Positions 25,593 to 32,000 of a stretch of 32,000 nucleotides of DNA are shown here, piece after piece. Source of the stretch: Cupriavidus necator (GTDB lineage Bacteria > Pseudomonadota > Gammaproteobacteria > Burkholderiales > Burkholderiaceae); NCBI RefSeq assembly GCF_016127575.1, contig NZ_CP066018.1, positions 1,200,001 to 1,232,000 of the forward strand. Direction: 5' to 3'. The notes beneath the pieces were generated by a model. It was given only the letters and a program-made list of their open reading frames with translations. It did no database searches and had not been told where the DNA came from. The translations under genes and the position numbers were made by a program. The first letter of the stretch is position 1, and every line of letters begins with the position of its first letter.

Positions 25593-26843
25593 TCAGCGGC
25601 TGGCAGCCTCGGGAACCGCGGCGTGTGCCGGGCCCTTGGCAAGTGCCGGCAACGGCCCCGCGCGGCGCAGGCCAAGCCACGAGCACGCGGCGGAGCACAG
25701 CGTCACCGCCACCAGCGCCGTGATGCTGTGCTGGTAGCTGCGCGTGGCATCGAACGACCACGCCCCCAGCTGCACCGTCAGGAAGGCGCCCAGCTGGTGC
25801 CCGAGGAACAGCAGGCCAAACACCTTGCCCTTGATCCGGCTGCCGTAGCGCTCGAAGCAGAACATCGAGGTCAGGATCACCGTGCCCAGATAGCTGGCGC
25901 CAAAGCCGACCGCAAACGGCAGCACGCCCAGGCCCGGCACCAGCAGCAACAGCATCGATGCCGAGCGCAGCGCGTAGAACGCGGCCAGCAGCCGGTGCTT
26001 GTCCCAGCGCAGCGCCAGCGCGCCGGAGACCAGGCCGCTGGCCAGCTCCAGCGCGCCGAGCGTGCTCATCGCATAGCCCATCGCCAGCCGCGGCACGCCC
26101 TGCCCCTGCCAGTACGCGATCAGGTGCACGTCGATAAAGGCCATGGTGGCGCCGCAGCCGAAGAAGCCGGCCGCCAGCGCATAGAACACCGGGTCACGCC
26201 GCACCACCGTCCATGCCGGCACATCGGCCCCGGCCGTGCATGGCGCCGGTGCGGACGCCGGCTCCCAGCGCGAAGTCAGCCACAAGGCGCCGGCCACCGG
26301 CAACGCAAACACCGCACCGGCCACGCCGAACGCCGTGATCCAGCCCGCCTGCGGCTGCAGCCAGATCCACAGCGGCGACAGCACGATAAAGCCGATCGCG
26401 GTGCCGTTGGTAACCACCGCATAGGCCAGCCCCTTCTTGCGCTCCTCGAACAGCCGGTCCACCAGGATGCCCATCGGCACAAAGGTCATGGCCGCCAGCC
26501 CGAACGCACCGGCGAGGCCGAACATCAGCACGAAGAACGTCAGCGATCCCGGCCACAGCGCCGCGCCACCCAGCGCAATGCCTGCCGCCAGCGCCCCAGC
26601 GGCCGCGGTGCGCAGCGGGCCGACGCGATCGCTGAGCGCGCCGACCACCGGCGACATCAGCCCGGTGGCGAGCATAAAGACACTGCCGGACCAGGCAAAC
26701 TGCGCACGGCCCTGCCCGAAGTGCGTGGCGAGGTCGACGAAGTACACCTGGTAGAGGCCCTTGACCGCGGTCGAGACAAACATCGCGGCGAAGCCGATGG
26801 CGACCAGGGCAAGGGTGATGGCGGGGATGCGTGTGCGGGGCAT
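25593..26843 (-). CDS. MFS transporter
   Basis: 416 aa, 12 TM-like segments. MFS loop motif GALSDRVGPLRT between TM2 and TM3. Confidence 0.88.
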   Translation of the reverse strand: MPRTRIPAITLALVAIGFAAMFVSTAVKGLYQVYFVDLATHFGQGRAQFAWSGSVFMLATGLMSPVVGALSDRVGPLRTAAAGALAAGIALGGAALWPGSLTFFVLMFGLAGAFGLAAMTFVPMGILVDRLFEERKKGLAYAVVTNGTAIGFIVLSPLWIWLQPQAGWITAFGVAGAVFALPVAGALWLTSRWEPASAPAPCTAGADVPAWTVVRRDPVFYALAAGFFGCGATMAFIDVHLIAYWQGQGVPRLAMGYAMSTLGALELASGLVSGALALRWDKHRLLAAFYALRSASMLLLLVPGLGVLPFAVGFGASYLGTVILTSMFCFERYGSRIKGKVFGLLFLGHQLGAFLTVQLGAWSFDATRSYQHSITALVAVTLCSAACSWLGLRRAGPLPALAKGPAHAAVPEAASR

Positions 26844-27009
26844 GTCGATCTCTCAGTCGTGCGAGGCCTGGTGCCATGCTAAGCCAGCCCGCCCTCCGGC
26901 CATGGCAACCACCCGGCCCAGAAAAGCAACTTTTCGGCCATCCCTGTTGTGTTGTGCTGGATTCGCGCGAGAATGGCGGCATCGTACCGCTCGCTCTTCC
27001 CTTGCCGCG

Positions 27010-27987
27010 ATGACTACCGCTTATCTCCTGGTGCTTCCCAACGTCCACATGCTCGACCTTGGCGGTCCGCTGCAGATCCTGGCCAGCGTATCGGAACTGG
27101 GTATTGGGCCACTCAAGGTGCGCTGCGTCGGGCCACATTCGAGCGTCCCTTCGTTCCAGGGGCCGGCACTGAGCCAGGTCGAACGCCTGCCTGCACGACT
27201 CGCCTCCGGCGATGTGGTGCTGGCCATCGGCAGCAAACTTCTGGACACACTGACCCGTTCGCCGGCATGGCACGATAGCGTGAATTGGCTGAAAAGGTCT
27301 TTCGCCGACGGCAGGAACGCCGACGTACAGGTTGCCGCGGTCTGCACCGGTGCCTTCCTGCTCGGCGCCGCCGGCCTGCTCGACGGCCGCCTGTGCACCA
27401 CCCACCACGCCCATACCCGCCGCCTGCGCACGCGGCACCCCGCCGCCTCGGTCATCGAGAACCGGGTCTTCGTTCGCGATGGCAATGTGTGGACGTCAGC
27501 CGGCGTGGCTTCGGGCATCGATCTGGCGCTGCGTCTGGTGGCCGATGCCTATGGCGACGAAGCCGCCATCGCCGTGGCGCGCGACAACGTGGTGCCCTTC
27601 CGCCGCTTCGGCGGCGATCCGCAGCTCGCCCCGCAGCTGCGCGCGCGCTCGCACGGCAACCCGCTGGTGCATGCGGTACAGGACGCGATCTCGCGGGAAC
27701 TCGACACCAATGTTGCCGACCCGCGCTTTGCCGACCGCTTTGCCATCAGCGTGCGGCACCTGTCCCGCGTGTTCCACGAAGAAACCGGCCTCACGCCCAA
27801 GCAGTACCAGCTCACGCTACGCATGGCGCGCGCGCGCAAGCTGCTGGCGTCGTCATCGTTGCCGGTGGAAGAGATTGCGCTGAAAAGCGGCTTCGCCAGC
27901 GTGCAGGCCTTCCGCGCGTGCTGGAACAAGGCAGAGCCGGCCACGCCGAAGGCCTACCGGCAAGCCCGCGCCGGCAGCGCGGAATGA
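27010..27987 (+). CDS. GlxA-family transcriptional regulator (DJ-1/PfpI-like domain + AraC-type HTH)
   Basis: 325 aa from the ATG at 27010. N-terminal class-I glutamine-amidotransferase-like fold (AAVCTGAFLLGAAGLLDG). C-terminal AraC HTH (VRHLSRVFHEETGLTPKQY...IALKSGFASVQAFRACW). Confidence 0.88.
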   Translation: MTTAYLLVLPNVHMLDLGGPLQILASVSELGIGPLKVRCVGPHSSVPSFQGPALSQVERLPARLASGDVVLAIGSKLLDTLTRSPAWHDSVNWLKRSFADGRNADVQVAAVCTGAFLLGAAGLLDGRLCTTHHAHTRRLRTRHPAASVIENRVFVRDGNVWTSAGVASGIDLALRLVADAYGDEAAIAVARDNVVPFRRFGGDPQLAPQLRARSHGNPLVHAVQDAISRELDTNVADPRFADRFAISVRHLSRVFHEETGLTPKQYQLTLRMARARKLLASSSLPVEEIALKSGFASVQAFRACWNKAEPATPKAYRQARAGSAE

Positions 27988-27993
27988 CCGCGC

Positions 27994-28344
27994 TCAGGTG
28001 TGCATCAGGATATTGACCAGCCGGCCCAACGGATCGCGCACGTAGAAGCGGCGCACACCCCATGGCTCGTCGGCGGGACCGTACTCGATGGCGAAGCCGC
28101 CGGCCAGCATGCGGCAATGCGCCTCGTCCACGTCATCGACCTCGATCGACAGGTCCGGCACCGGCGTGCCGTTGCCGCCTTCCGTGGCGAAACTGAGCTG
28201 GACGGTCATGGTCGAGGTGCTGCCGTAGGTCCGGATCCAGCCGTGGTCCATCAATACGTCCAGGCCCAGGATGTCCTGGTAGAAAGCGCGGGCACTGGCC
28301 GGGTCGGCGACCGCGATGTTGGCAACGATCCGGTTGACCTTCAT
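27994..28344 (-). CDS. VOC (glyoxalase/bleomycin-resistance/dioxygenase) family protein
   Basis: 116 aa. Pattern IAVADPASARAFYQDILGL...DPLG. GGGGAGAG RBS. Lies 13 nt after the mmsA stop. Confidence 0.8.
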   Translation of the reverse strand: MKVNRIVANIAVADPASARAFYQDILGLDVLMDHGWIRTYGSTSTMTVQLSFATEGGNGTPVPDLSIEVDDVDEAHCRMLAGGFAIEYGPADEPWGVRRFYVRDPLGRLVNILMHT

Positions 28345-28357
28345 GCCCGCTCTCCCC

Positions 28358-29875
28358 TTACTTCGCCACCGGCATGGTGAACTCAGCGCCCTTGGCGATC
28401 GAATCCGGCCAGCGCTGCATCACGCTCTTGTAGCGCGTGTAGAAACGCACGCCCTCTTCGCCATAGGCGTGATGGTCGCCAAACAGCGATCGCTTCCAGC
28501 CACCGAACGAATGCCAGGCCATCGGCACCGGGATCGGCACGTTGATGCCGACCATGCCGACCTGGATCTGCCGCGCGAACGCACGCGCGATGCCGCCGTC
28601 GCTGGTGTAGCACGACACGCCGTTGCCGTATTCATGCGCATTGATCAGCGCCACCGCTTCGGCAAAGTCATGCACGCGCACTACCGACAGCACCGGGCCG
28701 AAGATCTCTTCCTTGTAGATCGTCATGTCCGGCTTGACGTGGTCGAACAGCGTGCCGCCGACATAGAAGCCGTTCTCATGGCCGGGTACGGTATGACCGC
28801 GGCCATCGGTCACCAGCATCGCGCCCTCTTCCACGCCCTTGGCGATATAGCCCTCCACCTTCGCCTTGTGCGCAGCGGTCACCAGCGGACCCATTTCGGC
28901 ATCGGACTCCATGCCGTTGCGGATCTTCAGCGAGCTCGCACGTTCGGCGAGGCGCGGCACGAGCTTGTCAGCGACATCGCCCACGGCCACGGCGACCGAG
29001 ATCGCCATGCAGCGTTCGCCGGCAGAACCATACGCGGCACCGATCAGCGCATCGACCGCCTGGTCGAGATCCGCATCGGGCATCACCACCAGGTGGTTCT
29101 TGGCGCCGCCCAATGCCTGCACGCGCTTGCCGTGTTTGGTGCCCTCCGTATAGATGTACTCGGCAATCGGCGTCGAACCGACGAACGACAGCGCCTGCAC
29201 ATCCGGATGCGCCAGCAGTGCATCGACCGCTTCCTTGTCGCCCTGCACGACATTGAACACGCCATCGGGCAAACCAGCCTGGCGCAGCAGGTCGGCAATC
29301 AGCAGGCTCGGCGACGGATCACGTTCCGACGGCTTCAGCACGAAGGTATTGCCGCACGCCAGCGCCACCGGGAACATCCACATCGGCACCATCACCGGGA
29401 AGTTGAACGGCGTGATGCCGGCCACCACGCCCAGAGGCTGGCGCAGGTTCCAGTTATCGATGCCGCCGCCGATGTTGTCGGTGAAGTCGGTCTTGAGCAG
29501 GTTGGGGATGCCGCAAGCGAATTCCACCACCTCGATGCCGCGCGTGACTTCGCCCCTGGCGTCCGAGAACACCTTGCCGTGCTCGCGCGTGATCAGCGCG
29601 GCCAGGTCGTCGTGGTGCTGGTCGAGCAGCTCCTTGAACTTGAACAGGATGCGCGCGCGGCGCAGCGGCGGGGTGTCGGCCCAGGCGGGGAATGCCGCAT
29701 GGGCGGCGGCAACGGCGTCGGCCACGTCCTGCGTGGTGCCGAGCGCCACGCGTGCTGCGACTTCGCCGGTGGCGGGGTTGAACACGTCCGCCAGGCGCTG
29801 GCCGCCGGCGCGGCGCACAGCGCCGCCGATGAAATGGTGGATCTCGGCCAGTTGCCGGTTTTCTGCGATGCTCAC
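28358..29875 (-). CDS. mmsA: CoA-acylating methylmalonate/malonate-semialdehyde dehydrogenase
   Basis: 505 aa. MmsA-type ALDH blocks ([32 protein letters not shown], catalytic-Cys block GERCMA). GTG start at 29875 preceded by GAAGGAAA. Confidence 0.9.
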   Translation of the reverse strand: MSIAENRQLAEIHHFIGGAVRRAGGQRLADVFNPATGEVAARVALGTTQDVADAVAAAHAAFPAWADTPPLRRARILFKFKELLDQHHDDLAALITREHGKVFSDARGEVTRGIEVVEFACGIPNLLKTDFTDNIGGGIDNWNLRQPLGVVAGITPFNFPVMVPMWMFPVALACGNTFVLKPSERDPSPSLLIADLLRQAGLPDGVFNVVQGDKEAVDALLAHPDVQALSFVGSTPIAEYIYTEGTKHGKRVQALGGAKNHLVVMPDADLDQAVDALIGAAYGSAGERCMAISVAVAVGDVADKLVPRLAERASSLKIRNGMESDAEMGPLVTAAHKAKVEGYIAKGVEEGAMLVTDGRGHTVPGHENGFYVGGTLFDHVKPDMTIYKEEIFGPVLSVVRVHDFAEAVALINAHEYGNGVSCYTSDGGIARAFARQIQVGMVGINVPIPVPMAWHSFGGWKRSLFGDHHAYGEEGVRFYTRYKSVMQRWPDSIAKGAEFTMPVAK

Positions 29876-29983
29876 TTGGGATTTCCTTCGATAGCCGCGG
29901 CACGCAATTCAGCGCGCCCCCGGCATGCAATCAGGGAGGCCGGACCCGCAGGTCCGGCGGCAATGCGATGCGGCGCGCGCCGC

Positions 29984-31315
29984 TTACTTGATGTCCTGCA
30001 GCGCCTTCTTCACCGTATCGAACAGTTCCCCGATCTGGGCTTCAGAGATGATCAGCGGCGGCGAGAACGCCAGGATGTCGCCGGTGTAGCGCACCAGCAC
30101 GCCGAGTTCCAGGCACTTCAGGAAGGCCTCATACGCGCGCGCGCCGGGCTGGCCGGGACGCGGCTCCAGCTCGATGCCGGCGACCAGGCCATAGTTGCGG
30201 ATGTCCTTCACGTGCGGCGCGCCGCGTACGCCGTGCACCGCGGCTTCGAACACCGGCGCCAGTTCGGCGGCGCGGCCGAACAGGTTTTCGCGCTGGTACA
30301 GGTCGAGGGTGGCAATGGCGGCAGCCGCGGCCAGCGGGTGGCCGGAGTAGGTGTAGCCATGCAGCAGCTCGATCGCGCCCGGCGCAGCCGAATTGACCAC
30401 GGTGTCATGCACTTCGCGGCGCACGGCGACGGCGCCCATCGGCACCGCGGCGTTGTTGATCGCCTTGGCCATGGTGATCAGGTCCGGCGTGACCTTGAAG
30501 CGCTCGGCCGCGGTGGCGGCGCCGAGGCGGCCGAAGGCGGTGATGACCTCGTCGAAGATCAACAGGATGCCGTGCTTGCTGGTGATTTCACGCAGCTTTT
30601 CCAGGTAGCCGACCGGCGGCACCAGCACGCCGGCGGAGCCGGCCAGCGGCTCGACGATCACGGCGGCAACGTTGGACGGGTCGTGCAGCGCGAGGATGCG
30701 CTCCAGCTCATCGGCCAGGTGCGCGCCCCATTGCGGCTGGCCCTTGGAGAAGGCGGCCTCGGCGATATTCAGCGTGGCCGGCAGGTGGTCGGTGCCCGGC
30801 ATCAGGTTGGCCGAGAACGCCTTGCGGTTGGGGCCGATGCCGCCCACCGCCATGCCGCCGAAGCCCACGCCGTGATAGCCGCGCTCGCGCCCGATAAAGC
30901 GCGTGCGCTGGCCTTCGCCGCGTGCACGGTGGTAGGCCAGCGCGATCTTCAGCGCGGTGTCGACCGACTCCGAGCCAGAGTTGGTGAAGAAGATGCGGTC
31001 GAGCCCCTGCGGCATGATCGCGGCCACCTTGGTGGCGGCCTCGAACGACAGCGGATGGCCCATCTGGAACGGCGGCGCATAGTCCAGCGTGGCGGCCTGG
31101 CGCGCTACCGCCTCGGCGATTTCCGTGCGGCAGTGGCCGGCGGCCACGCACCACAGGCCGGCGCAACCGTCCAGGATCTGGCGGCCGTCGTGGGTGGTGT
31201 AGTACATGCCGCTGGCCGACGCCAGCAGGCGCGGCGCCGCCTTGTACTGGCGGTTGGCGGTGAAGGGCATCCACAGGGCATCGAGATCGGGAATCACGGT
31301 CTTGGCGGCGTCCAT
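29984..31315 (-). CDS. class-III PLP aminotransferase (omega-amino acid / beta-alanine:pyruvate transaminase type)
   Basis: 443 aa from the ATG at 31315 (AGGAGG RBS). Motifs LWCVAAGH, FTNSGSESVDTALK, IFDEVITAFGRLG, ITMAKA. The track ORF extends a further 164 codons upstream without support. Confidence 0.9.
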   Translation of the reverse strand: MDAAKTVIPDLDALWMPFTANRQYKAAPRLLASASGMYYTTHDGRQILDGCAGLWCVAAGHCRTEIAEAVARQAATLDYAPPFQMGHPLSFEAATKVAAIMPQGLDRIFFTNSGSESVDTALKIALAYHRARGEGQRTRFIGRERGYHGVGFGGMAVGGIGPNRKAFSANLMPGTDHLPATLNIAEAAFSKGQPQWGAHLADELERILALHDPSNVAAVIVEPLAGSAGVLVPPVGYLEKLREITSKHGILLIFDEVITAFGRLGAATAAERFKVTPDLITMAKAINNAAVPMGAVAVRREVHDTVVNSAAPGAIELLHGYTYSGHPLAAAAAIATLDLYQRENLFGRAAELAPVFEAAVHGVRGAPHVKDIRNYGLVAGIELEPRPGQPGARAYEAFLKCLELGVLVRYTGDILAFSPPLIISEAQIGELFDTVKKALQDIK

Positions 31316-31643
31316 ACGTCCTCCTAGGGGGAATCGGGTCGGATTGGCTGGTGGCACGCTGACTGGCAGCGCGGCGGCAATGAGGGCCACTCTACCGGCG
31401 GCGTCTGGCCGACAAAATATACAGTCCGGACAAGACTGCCTTACCGTGCAGTTTGAACACGCCAAACCGTACAGGCAAGCGTCATCGGGGTGCCGCCAGC
31501 CCGCCGCTGTGCCACGACCGCTCTGGACCGCGGTACGCCGTCCCACGCTGCACTGCGGCAAATTTCGCTTTGCGGAAGACCACCGCATCCTGGCCTGCCT
31601 CCAGCCGCTAAACTGTACAGGTTCACGCCTGCCCGAGTGCCTG

Positions 31644-32000
31644 ATGCTGACCCTGAACCTGACCCGCACCCGCCGCGACGGCGACACCCTGACCGAGCAG
31701 ATCGTCGCCGGCATCGCCGCACTGGTCGAGCAGCGCGCGCTGCGCGCCGGCACCGCCCTGCCCTCGGTGCGCCGCTTTGCGCAGCACCACCACGTCAGCA
31801 CCTTCACCGTGGCCGAGGCCTACGGCCGGCTGACGGCGCTGGGCTACCTGGCGGCGCGCCCGGGCTCGGGCTATACGGTTGCACATCGCCATGCCCCGGC
31901 CGGGCACGCGCGCGCGCCGCAATGGGAGGCGCCGGGACTGAACGCAGCGTGGCTGCTGTCGGATGTGTTCGCCGACCACTCGGTGCCGATCAAGGCCGGC
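31644..32000 (+). CDS. MocR/GntR-family transcriptional regulator, N-terminal part (3' end outside the window)
   Basis: My own translation from the ATG at 31644: MLTLNLTRTRRDGDTLTEQIVAGIAALVEQRALRAGTALPSVRRFAQHHHVSTFTVAEAYGRLTALGYLAARPGSGYTV... This is a GntR wHTH. The frame stays open to the window end; it is absent from the ORF track because no stop is reached. Confidence 0.8.
   Translation, partial: MLTLNLTRTRRDGDTLTEQIVAGIAALVEQRALRAGTALPSVRRFAQHHHVSTFTVAEAYGRLTALGYLAARPGSGYTVAHRHAPAGHARAPQWEAPGLNAAWLLSDVFADHSVPIKAG

Noticed and set aside
29939-29980. GC-rich hairpins (GCCGGACC-CGCA-GGTCCGGC and the palindrome GCGGCGCGCGCCGC) between the aminotransferase and mmsA, considered as a terminator
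   Set aside because: No U-tract follows on the minus strand, and mmsA has its own RBS 60-100 nt downstream. This is more likely an intercistronic stabiliser or partial pause than a terminator, so it is not called as a feature.
31352-31368. A sigma-54 promoter-like TGGCACG...CTGGCA
   Set aside because: The GC of the -12 element is one base out of register relative to the GG of the -24 element, and there is no TTGC. It sits on the plus strand ~290 bp upstream of the MocR gene, with no supporting enhancer-like sites.

Overview
This is a high-GC (~67%) window that looks like core betaproteobacterial chromosome. Gene content (CreBC, fused isobutyryl-CoA mutase IcmF, a PaaH1-type 3-hydroxybutyryl-CoA dehydrogenase) suggests Cupriavidus/Ralstonia; that attribution comes from memory of these families, not from a search. 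I can support about 29 protein-coding genes. In order: a 5'-truncated sigma-54 activator; an FAD oxidoreductase; creB-creC; a nitronate monooxygenase-like flavoenzyme; ybaN. Then a 7-gene minus-strand operon in which a Liv-type ABC importer is bracketed by two adenylate-forming ligase genes. Then a Crp-family regulator with a DUF3293-like gene; a small secreted His-rich protein; an icmF-HIT-paaH1 operon; a DUF2917-like gene divergent from a MocR regulator; an APC amino-acid permease; an MFS transporter divergent from a GlxA/AraC regulator; and an omega-aminotransferase-mmsA-VOC operon divergent from a second, 3'-truncated MocR regulator. I saw no rRNA, tRNA, CRISPR array, transposase, integrase, phage gene or recognisable defence module. 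The window is mostly ordinary catabolic and regulatory chromosome, and I cannot point to a convincing new multi-gene system. The most unusual items are four. (1) A 239-bp nested-palindrome, MITE-like element fills the whole gap upstream of creB. (2) The dual-ligase ABC 'import and activate' operon has a PaaK-like member that lacks the canonical phosphate-binding loop. (3) A signal-peptide-bearing protein carries an extreme His-rich tail. (4) Several near-perfect operator-like palindromes lie in divergent promoter regions. The many very long ORFs on the opposite strand of real genes are high-GC antisense artefacts.
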